A DNA stretch of 61,953 nt, filler included. It is 5 parts of 5 records of this genome, joined end to end, with 100 filler letters (N's around TTAATTAATTAA, not from the genome) between each part and the next. Parts side by side here need not be neighbours in the genome. Positions count along the whole stretch, not along the records: positions 24,444 to 55,393 come from SRR31156797_10705; 4 more parts are not named here. One strand, given 5' to 3'. Positions 39,065 through 48,924 of this stretch are shown here, piece by piece. The position numbers and the translations under genes are program-made. The number at the start of each line of letters is the position of its first letter. Position 1 is the first letter of the stretch. The notes under the pieces were generated by a model. It searched no databases, was not told where the DNA came from, and saw only the letters and a program-made list of their open reading frames with translations.

Positions 39065-40147
39065 TTAACTGTCCTCACGTAACAGGAGAATAAAACCGAA
39101 GATTCCCATGAGTAGATGAATGGAAATGGCAGCTGAAAATGGGTTCATATAGCCGGCTTTTGCAAGGGACTGCAGTGTACCCCATACACCCCAACAACAA
39201 AAGGCCATACCACAACTGGTTGGAACAGCAAGAGAAAGGTCCCTGCCCCATTTTCTGTAGACAATTAACAGCAGGGGTAAACCAAGAAAAAGCAAAGGCA
39301 GGCCAAGTAAAGTGTAGGAAATGCGGCCGTAAAAATTAGCCCAAGCCAAGTTCCTTTCGTCTTCAGACTTCTGGCGTTGAGTGACTTTGTAGAGATCCAG
39401 CAGGGAGAGTTCTAGGGATTGATATTCCGGGACAAAGAAGTCTTCTGGCTTTTCCTTGAAATGAAAGACTTTGGATGTGAAAAGAGCGGTAGAAAAGTCT
39501 TTTTCCGGTATTGCATGCTGCACCTGACCATTTTGCAGGGTCCAGGTACCATCTGCCCATTTCGCCTCTTTGGAGGCTATGTGGGTTGACAGTTCATATT
39601 TATCATTCCATGAGGTGTAAGAAAAAAAGCGAAAGTCGTTGCTCTTAGCGGATGGACGAGCAAAAGAGTAAAAACCTTCCTGCCCTCGATAATAATATCG
39701 TCCATTACGATATATGCCGAGGGGGACACGACCTTTAACTTCTTTGTTCCATATGCGATTGGTTTCTGCGATGGTCCTGGGTAAGATAAACTGGGACATT
39801 GCAAGGAAGAGCAGGGTGAATATTACCCCGGAAACCAGGATGGGAGCGGTGATTTTTTTTAAAGGGACGCCTCCGGCTTTGAGTGCAATCAGCTCGTTGC
39901 TATGATTGAGGATACCAAGGGTGACAACTCCGGCAAGCAGGATACAGACAGGCCCCATCTGTTCAACTATGAAAGGTACATTGAGCAGGAAGAACTTGAA
40001 AACAAGCCCCATGGATTTCCCTTTTTCCAGGAAGTTGTCTATTTTTTCAAAAAAATCAATCAGCAGGTAAATGGTAATAAAGCTAGCCATCAGCATGCTG
40101 ATATTACGAAGGAATTGATAGAAAACGTATCGGTAAAGGAGGATCAC
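39065..40147 (-). CDS. LPS export ABC permease, LptF/LptG family
   Basis: ILLYRYV start, SNELIALKAGG, and a 3 TM / beta-jellyroll / 3 TM layout. Confidence 0.9.
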   Translation of the reverse strand: MILLYRYVFYQFLRNISMLMASFITIYLLIDFFEKIDNFLEKGKSMGLVFKFFLLNVPFIVEQMGPVCILLAGVVTLGILNHSNELIALKAGGVPLKKITAPILVSGVIFTLLFLAMSQFILPRTIAETNRIWNKEVKGRVPLGIYRNGRYYYRGQEGFYSFARPSAKSNDFRFFSYTSWNDKYELSTHIASKEAKWADGTWTLQNGQVQHAIPEKDFSTALFTSKVFHFKEKPEDFFVPEYQSLELSLLDLYKVTQRQKSEDERNLAWANFYGRISYTLLGLPLLFLGLPLLLIVYRKWGRDLSLAVPTSCGMAFCCWGVWGTLQSLAKAGYMNPFSAAISIHLLMGIFGFILLLREDS

Positions 40148-40481
40148 GGCTTTTGTATGAGAGAGAGGACGGTTATAGAGAAAAAGACCCAGGTGGCTCT
40201 TGAGCGCTTATGCTTGATCATATATGCATTTTCAGTTGCTGTGCCGAGCCGTTTTATTGACAAATAAGTACCCAACTAGCAAAATATTCACTTTTACCAT
40301 GACTGGCTTAAAAGCAAAAGATGATTGTGGGTAGGGGCCTTTTTCTTACTCGTAACTTCCCTCCTTATGTGGGTGCATACGTGGTAAAGTTTTTGGGGTT
40401 TTATTTTTTAAACAACTTGTTCGTGTCTTTGTTTAGTAATTTAGGATGGTTGCGGTGGTAGTTCCACCTCTAAGTCAAAAC

Positions 40482-40511
40482 TTGCTATTTTTGAAATCTC
40501 TGTGGTATAGT
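40482..40511 (+). promoter_or_regulatory. Candidate sigma70 promoter upstream of the DHH gene
   Basis: TTGCTA-N18-TATAGT with a TGn extended -10. Confidence 0.45.
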
Positions 40512-40719
40512 TGTCCTTCCCTACTCCCCTGTGTACGAACGGGTAGAAAAGGATGATTGTCTATGGATCAGCCGATAACGAAACAAGACCGTCGAGGTCA
40601 GCTATTTTGATGAAAAAAAGGATAGTGTTTTTTTGTGAATCGTTTTTGGCTGGTTGTTGATGCCGCTGCGCTTCCAATTTTGTGAGCTGTAGTGGCTTTT
40701 TTTTATTATTGTAGAATTC

Positions 40720-41748
40720 ATGATTAAACGACTGGAAAAAATTGCAGACAGTGTCACGCAGAGTGCCAGTAAAAATTCGGCCACGACACGTCTCCAAGGA
40801 TTTTGGGATATATTTGATCGCGACGACGAAGTTCTTATTCTTATCAGTGCCGACCCGGATGCCATTGCCTCTGCCATGGCTGTTAAAAGGTTGCTCAGTT
40901 ATAGAGTACAGAGTGTGGCAATCGGTTACCCCAATGAAATCCGTCGCCTCAACAATATTACCATGGTGGATCGACTCAAAATACCGCTTGAGCGCATGCA
41001 CACCCTGCCTGTAAAAGATTACTCAAAATATATTCTGGTGGATTCGCAGCCGAACCATCATCCCTGTTTTGAGAAGATAGAATTTGATGCGGTTATTGAT
41101 CATCATCCTGTCACCCAAGGGTGGGATGCGAAATTTATTGATATACGGCCGGAATATGGTGCCGTCGCTTCCATGATGGTGGAGTATCTGCGTGCGGCTA
41201 ACATTAAACCATCAGTAGCTCTGGCAACGGCCCTCTTTTACGGGATTAAGGTCGATACCCAGAATTTTCAAAAGAAAAACATGCAGGTCGGAGACGGCAT
41301 ATCGTTTCGTTACCTGTTTAATATTGCAAACCTTAATCTGGTTCGAAAATTTGAGCTGACCGAGTTGCGACGCTCTGAGCTCAAGTATTTTCGCATTGCT
41401 CTGAACGAAGTGAAAAGCAGGAAAGAGCGCGCTTATGTCCATCTAGGCAAGGTGGGTACACCTGATATACTTGTTATTATAGCTGATTTTTTTAATCACG
41501 TTGACAAGTTTGACTGGGTAATTGTCTCTGGAGTATACGGCGAAAAATTAGTTGTTATTTTTCGTTGTGACGGTTACAGAAAAAATGCAGGTAAGCTGGC
41601 CCAGAAAACATTTGGTGAATATGGACCGGCTGGCGGTCACAAAGAGGCTGCACGGGCTGAGGTACCGATGAAAAACCTTCCCCTTCGAGAAAATCTTGAA
41701 TTCACAACCAATACACTCATCCGAATTATTACCCGCCACGTAAAATAA
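40720..41748 (+). CDS. DHH/DHHA1-family phosphoesterase
   Basis: ADPDA, LVD, IDHH, GIKVDT and AGGH motifs. Confidence 0.92.
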   Translation: MIKRLEKIADSVTQSASKNSATTRLQGFWDIFDRDDEVLILISADPDAIASAMAVKRLLSYRVQSVAIGYPNEIRRLNNITMVDRLKIPLERMHTLPVKDYSKYILVDSQPNHHPCFEKIEFDAVIDHHPVTQGWDAKFIDIRPEYGAVASMMVEYLRAANIKPSVALATALFYGIKVDTQNFQKKNMQVGDGISFRYLFNIANLNLVRKFELTELRRSELKYFRIALNEVKSRKERAYVHLGKVGTPDILVIIADFFNHVDKFDWVIVSGVYGEKLVVIFRCDGYRKNAGKLAQKTFGEYGPAGGHKEAARAEVPMKNLPLRENLEFTTNTLIRIITRHVK

Positions 41749-41942
41749 ACAATCCTTCCGCCCAGATAATTGGTTTCCATCAAATAAAATTGCAAGGAAT
41801 GTTCTGCACATATAAGAGTTATTCCTTGCACAAGCCATTGTTTATGCAATAAAGTACACTCACAATAAGCGCTTTTGTTCCTTAGCTGTTTTCCGCATGG
41901 ACAGATACAGCAAAAATGTAATCCCCAGCAAGAGGTGTGTAC

Positions 41943-43196
41943 ATGTCTAAACCTTCAACCCTGGCAATGATTCTTGCCGGGAGCCGTGTGGGTGAGTTGG
42001 GTGTCTTGACCCATTACAGACCAAAGTCCGCGGTGCCGTTTGGTGGTTTTGCCCGTGTGATTGACTTTCCCCTTTCAAATTTGCTTCATTCAGGTATAGA
42101 GCGCATAGCCATCCTCAGTCAGTATCGTTCGTATTCTTTGATTAATCATATAGGCACTGGTGCTGCCTGGGATATGATCGGTCGCAATCGTGGTATCTCA
42201 ATCCTTCCCCCATTTAAGGACTATGATAGTCCGCACTGGTATCGTGGGTCAGCCGATGCTGTATACCAGAACCTCGATTTCATCAAGTACTATGATCCTT
42301 CCAACCTGCTAATTTTATCTGGGGACCATATTTACCAGATGGATTATCGGGAAATGATTCAATATCATAATGACAAGAAGGCCGACCTCACGGCAGCTTT
42401 TATTCAGGTACCACAGGAGTCTGCATCCAGGTTTGGTGTTGCTGAAATTGCCGATGAAAGCAGCCAAGGCGGCCGTGTACTTGCTTACGAGGAGAAACCC
42501 GATCAACCAAAGAGCAACTGGGCTTCTCTGACGGTGTACTGTTTTCGACCGGAAGTTCTTTATGATGTACTAAGAGAAAACCAGCAGAACGAGTCTTATG
42601 AGTTTGGGCTTGACATCATTCCGTTGATGATGAAACGGAATTATAACGTTCATGGTTTTAAATTTGACGGTTACTGGGGGTATACAAGGACCGTTGACGA
42701 ATATTGGCAGACATCTATGGATCTACTTGGCCCTGAACCCAAAATAGACATGGAAACATGGGGAGTCAGGACCAACCTTGCCCATCGAAATATTGCAGGT
42801 CGCCAGCCCTTGAAAGTGGGTACTTGCGGTAGCCTTGAAAATTCAATGGCCTACAACGGCTGCATTGTTGAGGGAACGGTGCGTAATTCTATACTGTTTC
42901 CTGGGGTCAGGGTTGAAAAAGGGGCAGAGGTTGTGGATTCAGTCCTGTTTTTTGATAATGTCGTCAATGCAGGTGCTAAGCTTTGCAGGGTAGTAAGCGA
43001 TGTGAATACAACCTTTGGAACCAATGTGCAGGTAGGGGTTCCTGGGAAAGAGGGGCCTGGAAGCGTTAGTGTCATCGGGTGGAATAATAAGGTGCCGGCT
43101 GGAACAACCATAGGCAGTGGTTGCACGGTTGCACCCCGTATTGATGAGTACAGATGGCCGGACAAGGCATTAAATGACGGGGAGGAGTTGAAATGA
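41943..43196 (+). CDS. ADP-glucose pyrophosphorylase-like subunit with degenerate active-site motifs (GlgD-like)
   Basis: GlgC fold, but LAGSRVGEL replaces LAGGxGSRL and YWGYTR replaces YWRDVG. Confidence 0.8.
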   Translation: MSKPSTLAMILAGSRVGELGVLTHYRPKSAVPFGGFARVIDFPLSNLLHSGIERIAILSQYRSYSLINHIGTGAAWDMIGRNRGISILPPFKDYDSPHWYRGSADAVYQNLDFIKYYDPSNLLILSGDHIYQMDYREMIQYHNDKKADLTAAFIQVPQESASRFGVAEIADESSQGGRVLAYEEKPDQPKSNWASLTVYCFRPEVLYDVLRENQQNESYEFGLDIIPLMMKRNYNVHGFKFDGYWGYTRTVDEYWQTSMDLLGPEPKIDMETWGVRTNLAHRNIAGRQPLKVGTCGSLENSMAYNGCIVEGTVRNSILFPGVRVEKGAEVVDSVLFFDNVVNAGAKLCRVVSDVNTTFGTNVQVGVPGKEGPGSVSVIGWNNKVPAGTTIGSGCTVAPRIDEYRWPDKALNDGEELK

Positions 43197-44449
43197 ACGC
43201 TCTGGTGCTGTTACTTGCGGGTGGTATTGGTAGTCGTCTCAATTCATTGGTGGGACACAGGGCCAAACCGGCGGTACCTTTTGGGGGGATGTACCGTATT
43301 ATCGATTTCAGTCTTTCCAATGTTATGAATTCCGGACTAAAGAAGGTCGGGGTGTTGACCCAGTATAAACCGCTCTCTTTGATGGCCCACATAGGTAATG
43401 GAGAGGCATGGGATTTTACAGGTCGTACCCGGGGAGTGAAAATCCTACCCCCGCGAACCGGAGAAAAAGATTCAGATTGGTACAAGGGGACGGCTGATGC
43501 CATTCGACAGAATATTGATTTTATCAAAAGTAATCCTTCTGATCAGATAGTGATCCTTTCCGGCGATCATATCTACAGGATGGATTTTGATGCAATGCTT
43601 TCTTATCACCAGCATAAAGAGGCTGATGTTACGATAGGAATGATGGTGGTGCCCAAGAGCGAGATACACCAGTTCGGCGCTGGAATAGTTGATGCCGAGA
43701 ACCGAATTATCGACTGGGAGGAAAAACCCAAGGAGCCCAAAACCAATCTGGCATCCATGGGTATTTATATATTTGATACCAAATACTTATTAAAGACTCT
43801 TGAAAGGGATAGACAGGAAGTGGATTTCGGTATGCATATTATCCCTTGGGCAATCGAAAGAGACCGGGTGTTTGCCTATCCCTTTTACGGGTACTGGAGA
43901 GATGTTGGCACAATCCAGTCCTATTGGGAGACGAATATGGAGCTTATTCGAGAAAATCCGGAAATTTCTCCCGAAGAATGGGGCATCCAACCCAATCCCG
44001 CCTATGGCGATCGTCCCATGGACAGGGCACCCAGTCGTTTTGTTGATGGGTGTCGCGTTACCTCGTCATTAATATCTGCCGGTTGCGTCATTGAGGGCAC
44101 TGTGGAAAATTCTGTGCTGTCTCCAGGGGTGAGGGTGAAAAAAGGGGCAGTGGTTTCCAATTCTATTATTTTTGATGACGCTGTCATCGGCAAGGATACC
44201 AGAGTTGATCTTACAATTTGCGACAAACGAGTACGGGTTGGTGATGGGGCTGTTATTGGCAATTCCGACAATATGACGGTTGTTAATAAAAAATTTCCGA
44301 CGCACCTCTACACAGGTATTACCCTTATCGGTAAAGCAGCTCATATTCCCGCTGGTGCGGGGGTCGGGAGAAACTGTATTGTTGATTTCGGATTTGCAGG
44401 GAAAGATTTTAACGGTTCCCTTGAACTGGGAGACGGTGAAACGATTTAG
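43193..44449 (+). CDS. glgC: Glucose-1-phosphate adenylyltransferase
   Basis: LAGGIGSRL, RAKPAVPFGG, LSGDH, EKP, SMGIY and YWRDVG are all intact. ATGA overlap with the upstream paralog. Confidence 0.93.
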   Translation: MNALVLLLAGGIGSRLNSLVGHRAKPAVPFGGMYRIIDFSLSNVMNSGLKKVGVLTQYKPLSLMAHIGNGEAWDFTGRTRGVKILPPRTGEKDSDWYKGTADAIRQNIDFIKSNPSDQIVILSGDHIYRMDFDAMLSYHQHKEADVTIGMMVVPKSEIHQFGAGIVDAENRIIDWEEKPKEPKTNLASMGIYIFDTKYLLKTLERDRQEVDFGMHIIPWAIERDRVFAYPFYGYWRDVGTIQSYWETNMELIRENPEISPEEWGIQPNPAYGDRPMDRAPSRFVDGCRVTSSLISAGCVIEGTVENSVLSPGVRVKKGAVVSNSIIFDDAVIGKDTRVDLTICDKRVRVGDGAVIGNSDNMTVVNKKFPTHLYTGITLIGKAAHIPAGAGVGRNCIVDFGFAGKDFNGSLELGDGETI

Positions 44450-44679
44450 CTGTTAACTCTGCAGAGGTCAACAGGATTTGCCTAAGGTCTCTTTTGGCCT
44501 GAGGACAAGGTAAAACCAGGGTTCAAGTGATCTTATTGGAACTGTATTCATACTTTTTTATTTCTTCTGCTGTGATACCTGTAATGTTATTCCTGATTCC
44601 AGGTTGGTTACATTTGCAAACATAAAAAAGTAGCGTTCTTGAGTTAATTTTGTTAAAAAATGTCCCTTGTTAGTTGAGT

Positions 44680-44756
44680 GGTCCCGTAGCTCAGTAGGAT
44701 AGAGCACTAGATTCCTAATCTAGGTGCCGCTGGTTCGAATCCAGCCGGGATCACCA
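44680..44756 (+). tRNA. tRNA-Arg(CCT)
   Basis: Acceptor stem GGTCCCG/CGGGATC, D-arm GCTC/GAGC, anticodon arm CTAGA-TTCCTAA-TCTAG, T-loop TTCGAAT and encoded CCA. Confidence 0.97.
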
Positions 44757-44863
44757 TTTTTCCTCTGTTTTTCCACCAAGCGTCTATACTGAAACCGCCT
44801 AGGCAATTTTTTCCGTTTTATCTGTTTGATTCCCTCCAATTTTTTAATGGTGCCGTTTGTTGC

Positions 44864-44916
44864 GCACAGGATTCCTAATCCTGGTGCCACAGGTTCGAAT
44901 CCTGCCTGGAGCACCA
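44864..44916 (+). mobile_element. 3' fragment of a different tRNA-Arg(CCT) allele, att-site remnant
   Basis: GCACAGGA-TTCCTAA-TCCTGGTGCCACAGG-TTCGAAT-CCTGCCTGGAGCACCA, with no 5' acceptor strand or D-arm. It is followed by a GCCAAACC...GGTTTGGC hairpin. Confidence 0.8.
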
Positions 44917-44968
44917 TATAAATAAAGGCCAAACCTAGCGATAGCGCAGGGTTTGGCATAGTTTCATT

Positions 44969-45205
44969 ATGAATTGCCCCTTCTTTGAGGGAGAGCCTAT
45001 ATTTCCCTCCCAGACCTTTGACCGTCTCTCCGATGCCCAGCGTTGGGCTGAGGATACAGAAGCAAAACTACGCTCCGGTGGGTATGTAGGTGATGCACCA
45101 CCGGATGATATGGCTTTATCGAAGGCACTAGACAGGTACGAATTTGAAGTTTCCAATAAGAAAAAGCCCAATATCAGAGCTCGGAAAAAAAACATCCACC
45201 AATAG
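44969..45205 (+). pseudogene. N-terminal fragment of a tyrosine integrase
   Basis: PSQTFDRLSDAQRWAEDTEAKLRSG...DMALSKALDRYEFEVS resembles the N-terminus of phage/Rci-like integrases. There is no catalytic domain, and it lies next to the att remnant. Confidence 0.75.
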
Positions 45206-45208
45206 GTA

Positions 45209-46234
45209 TTACCTGTTAGGAAATCGTTGATGTAGCAACAGTACAAACACAAAAACGCCCCCGACTGAGGTTGTTATGATCCCCACAGGCAATTCCTGAG
45301 GAGCCAATATAAGCCGTGAAACGAGGTCACTCCCTAGCAAAAATACCGCTCCCAAAACAGCTGATAGAAGAAACAGGCCGTTATGCAATGGGCCGTTAAG
45401 CATACGGGCTATGTGCGGCACCATTAAGCCAATAAATCCGATAATTCCTGTAAGAGATACAAAAATAGCGGTAGCAAAAGCAGCAACCAGAAACGTGATA
45501 TGTTGTAGCTTTACAGGGTTGACGCCCAGGGTACGAGCGGTTGTGTCTCCTGCTAATAGAGCGTCATATTTTCGATGATTTACAAGGGAGAATATAAAAA
45601 TCACAGAGAAGCCCATCATAACAAGCGGTAAATTTTCCCAACGAGACAGCCCTAACCCTCCCAACGACCAGAACAAGATGGAGTGTGCAGCACGTTGATC
45701 ACCAGAAAAAATGAGATAATTGGTGAGGGCTGTAAACACAAACGAAACCGCTAAGCCTGCGAGCACAATTCGTTCAGTTCCACTGCCTGCCATACGTCGT
45801 ACAAGCAGGATAACTAGACCTGAGGCTATCATCCCACCAGCAAAAGATGCCAAAGGCATCGTCCAAATACCGAATCTGTCACCATGAATTGAGATAACGG
45901 AAACTGCACCGGTAGCTGCACCTGAACTCAGGCCGAATAAAAAGGGATCAGCCAAATCATTCCGGGTAGTAGTTTGCAATAATGCGCCAACTATGCCAAG
46001 TCCTCCACCTACGAAAACAGCGAGCAAAGCTCTTGGTAGACGTAAGTCAACCACAATCCTGTAAAGAGGCCCGATGGTAGTATCTCCGCCCCAGCCAATA
46101 GCCTTCAAGGTCGAGTCGCATACCACTTCAAAAGGGATTTTTGTAGAACCCCACATTACCGACAGAACAACCAGGAGAGCCAAAACGACCATCCCGGTTG
46201 TTAACCATGCTAAAAGGAACGGTAAGCTTCTCAC
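45209..46234 (-). CDS. FecCD/BtuC-family ABC permease
   Basis: DLRLPR, RNDLADPFLFG, IGFIGLMVPH and ELPVG motifs. Confidence 0.93.
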   Translation of the reverse strand: MRSLPFLLAWLTTGMVVLALLVVLSVMWGSTKIPFEVVCDSTLKAIGWGGDTTIGPLYRIVVDLRLPRALLAVFVGGGLGIVGALLQTTTRNDLADPFLFGLSSGAATGAVSVISIHGDRFGIWTMPLASFAGGMIASGLVILLVRRMAGSGTERIVLAGLAVSFVFTALTNYLIFSGDQRAAHSILFWSLGGLGLSRWENLPLVMMGFSVIFIFSLVNHRKYDALLAGDTTARTLGVNPVKLQHITFLVAAFATAIFVSLTGIIGFIGLMVPHIARMLNGPLHNGLFLLSAVLGAVFLLGSDLVSRLILAPQELPVGIITTSVGGVFVFVLLLHQRFPNR

Positions 46235-46235
46235 T

Positions 46236-47183
46236 TTAGTTAAACAGCTCCGGGTTCATTGCTTTCGCGATCTTTTCGATGGCATCAATATTTGCAGGCC
46301 CAGGAGTTAACTCCGCATATCGCAGGGGCACATATCGTTCGTTTTTCACAGCAACTGTTTCTTTCATTGCAGGATGTTTTTTAAGGAAATCAAGCAACTT
46401 GGTTACGCCATTACCATCCTGATAATCCAGGAGAATAAGGAATTCTGGATTTTTCGACGCCACATCTTCCCAGGAAGCTTTACCCCAGCTAGTTTCCATA
46501 TCAGCCATGATGTTTTTCCCACCTGCGGCTTCAATCATCGCAGAAACAATGGCAAACTTCCCGGCTGTAAATGGTTTTTCCTCCCCGGAATCAAACAGGA
46601 AAACTTTTGTTCCACTTTGCTTACCGACTTTTTCTTGAATGGCATCAAGCTGTTTTTTCCATCCGTCGACAAGCTTATTTGCGGCGTTTTCTTTATCAAA
46701 TATTTTCCCCAGCCGTAAAATGTCCCCATACAATAGATCCATAGTTGCTGCAGGTTTTGATTTATCTAGATGCACACAACTCTCTGTCAAAATCAATGTT
46801 TTAATATTCTGGGCAGCTAAGGTGTCGGGCGTAACTTCTCCCCCTGGTTTCATTCCGTAATACCAGCCTGCAAAAAAGAGATCTGGGTTCGCTGACAGTA
46901 AATTTTCCATAGTCGGGTATTTGGGAGCCAATTCTGGGATATCGCCTCTCTGTTCATTAAACTCGGGTCCCGTTTTATACCAACCGGTAATACCGGTCAA
47001 ACCGACAATATGGTCTTGAAGCCCAAGAGCAAAGGCCATCTCCGTCATGTTTATATCATGGACAACCATGCTTTTCGGTACATTCTCAAAGGTCAAAGTT
47101 CCACCACAATTGTCCACGGTCACGGCGGCTTTCGCAGACGAGGTGGCTATGCAAAAGCACACAATAGCGATCATTTTTTTCAT
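46236..47183 (-). CDS. Helical-backbone (TroA/BtuF-like) ABC substrate-binding protein
   Basis: Signal peptide, VTVDNCG, PTMENLLSANPDL and SWEDVASKNPE motifs. Confidence 0.9.
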   Translation of the reverse strand: MKKMIAIVCFCIATSSAKAAVTVDNCGGTLTFENVPKSMVVHDINMTEMAFALGLQDHIVGLTGITGWYKTGPEFNEQRGDIPELAPKYPTMENLLSANPDLFFAGWYYGMKPGGEVTPDTLAAQNIKTLILTESCVHLDKSKPAATMDLLYGDILRLGKIFDKENAANKLVDGWKKQLDAIQEKVGKQSGTKVFLFDSGEEKPFTAGKFAIVSAMIEAAGGKNIMADMETSWGKASWEDVASKNPEFLILLDYQDGNGVTKLLDFLKKHPAMKETVAVKNERYVPLRYAELTPGPANIDAIEKIAKAMNPELFN

Positions 47184-47992
47184 GCTGACTCCTTAAAATA
47201 ATTGTTTTTAGACAAAGGAATATCGAGGTAGACAATTTCCTTATTCTTTACCGGGTGTTGGAAATGAAAAACATCAACTCCAAAGATTTTACGTACAACT
47301 TCGGGCGTCAGGGTTTTATCCGGCGGACCGACCGCTATAGCTTCTGAATCCTTTAACATGAGGATTTTGTCCGAAAAATGGGATGCAAGGGAGAGTTCGT
47401 GCAGTACTGCAATTACAGTTATCCCTAGTCCCGAGACGGCTGACAGTACTTCCCCTTTGGCTTTTGGATCAAGATGATTGGTAGGCTCATCGAGTAAAAG
47501 AATGTCCGGCCTTTGACATATGCTTCTTGCGATAAAAACCCTTTGTTGTTCTCCGCCGGAGAGCATAGCCATTGTTTTTTCTAAGAGGTCGTTCAAACCT
47601 AATAATTGAACTGCTTCTTTAACCAGACCTTTTTTTTCTTTTACAGAAATATTGCGCTCTAAAGGAATGGTGCCCAAGTTAATATATTCTTGTACCTTTA
47701 ACCTCGAGTCCGGCTGTTCGATTTGGCTGATTAAAGCTACTTTTTTCGCACGTTCATGGGGTGGAAGGTTTTTTACATCTAAAGATGAATGATAAACAGC
47801 ACCTTTTGTTGGCTCCAATAGGCCTGAGATAAGTTTAAGCAGGGTGGTTTTTCCTGAGCCATTTGGTCCTGCAATAGTGAGAATTTCACCACAGTATACT
47901 TCTAGGTTGATCGAGTTGATCAGGGTTGTTCCCCCTGCAGTTTGGTAAGTTAAATCGACGAGTTTAACTGTTGGTTTTTTTCTCTCTTTCAA
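47180..47992 (-). CDS. FecE/BtuD-family ABC ATPase
   Basis: GPNGSGKT, LSGGEQQR and LDEPTNHLD motifs. TTG start after GGAAGG. Confidence 0.93.
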   Translation of the reverse strand: MKERKKPTVKLVDLTYQTAGGTTLINSINLEVYCGEILTIAGPNGSGKTTLLKLISGLLEPTKGAVYHSSLDVKNLPPHERAKKVALISQIEQPDSRLKVQEYINLGTIPLERNISVKEKKGLVKEAVQLLGLNDLLEKTMAMLSGGEQQRVFIARSICQRPDILLLDEPTNHLDPKAKGEVLSAVSGLGITVIAVLHELSLASHFSDKILMLKDSEAIAVGPPDKTLTPEVVRKIFGVDVFHFQHPVKNKEIVYLDIPLSKNNYFKESA

Positions 47993-48028
47993 TGGCCTTC
48001 CAGTTGTACTATCACATGATTTTACAAT

Positions 48029-48069
48029 AAAAAAAGCCCTTCACGCATAATCAATGCATGAAGGGCTTT
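48029..48069 (-). terminator. Riboswitch-associated attenuator terminator
   Basis: AAAGCCCTTCA...TGAAGGGCTTT stem with a U-tract on the minus strand, between the aptamer and the first gene. Confidence 0.85.
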
Positions 48070-48139
48070 CCCTGTTTTTTGACCCTAGATGTATGTCGAC
48101 CGAAGGACAGCAACCACGCAGTACTCGGCAATTAAATTC

Positions 48140-48322
48140 AGGTTGGCAGGTCTTCTGACTTTCTCAAATAGTGCATCTGCCTTCCCGCTTATAGCAGTGG
48201 CTTACAATGATGCCTAACTTTTTCCTTCTAACATAGAAGGCGTCGAGATTACAGCGGCGGGCCCGTTCCGGATTTACACCGGATTCCCTTTTAATCCACA
48301 ATGTGTAGCCTAACCCATTGAT
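48140..48322 (-). ncRNA. Cobalamin (B12) riboswitch
   Basis: The minus strand reads AAAAGGGAATCCGGTGTAAATCCGGAACGGGCCCGCCGCTGTAA...GCCACTG...GGGAAGGC...AAGTCAGAAGACCTGCC (B12 box). Confidence 0.95.
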
Positions 48323-48924
48323 ACTGAAACTTATTCTTAATATTTTTTCAACTCTTATTTATTAAAGAATCTTGAAAGTTCCTTTTCTGCACCCATTACG
48401 AATACCTGTTTTGAGTACGACCCGCCCAAGGGTCGAAAAGAGGGAGTTTGGGTACATCCGTTACAAGCAGCAGATTCTTTCTACGTTCAAGTATCTGTTG
48501 AATTTCTATTTTTTTCAGTTACCGACAGAGTCTTTTCTTTATTTTTGCCACATTGCTCACCTGCTCTTAGGTGAGACTATTTTTGTTTGGTATCAAAAAA
48601 ATTTATCGATAGGATTGTAGGCCCAATTTAATCCAACTCCGTGAAGTTAATAAGGATGGGAATTGAGAGAAAGGTGATGGTCGAGTCAATAACCTGGTTT
48701 CGACCTACCATCGATAACGAAATCACTGAAAAGGTGTTGGATATTGACCACCACTCACTCCCTTCCTTATACCAGCACGTCAGTACACACCCTTGGGAGT
48801 GTCAGATAAGCGAGATCCTGTCAGGCTCCTATAGAACGCGACAGCTATATACAACTCTTTGAATAGGCTGCAACAAACAAAGATGGTTGTTTTTATAACT
48901 CTGTTCATAAATAAGGAGAAGAAG

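Noticed and set aside
40148..40719. 570-nt intergenic region as a possible ncRNA or leader peptide (MDQPITKQDRRGQLF)
   Set aside because: I found no recognisable RNA motif, the peptide has no telling composition, and divergent promoters can account for the space.
44864..44916. Second complete tRNA gene
   Set aside because: The upstream sequence forms no D-arm or 5' acceptor strand, so it is kept only as an att-like fragment.
48372..48862. Short ORFs between the riboswitch and the TonB receptor as a regulator remnant
   Set aside because: I could not identify any motif with confidence. They are probably eroded sequence, and BLASTx would be needed.
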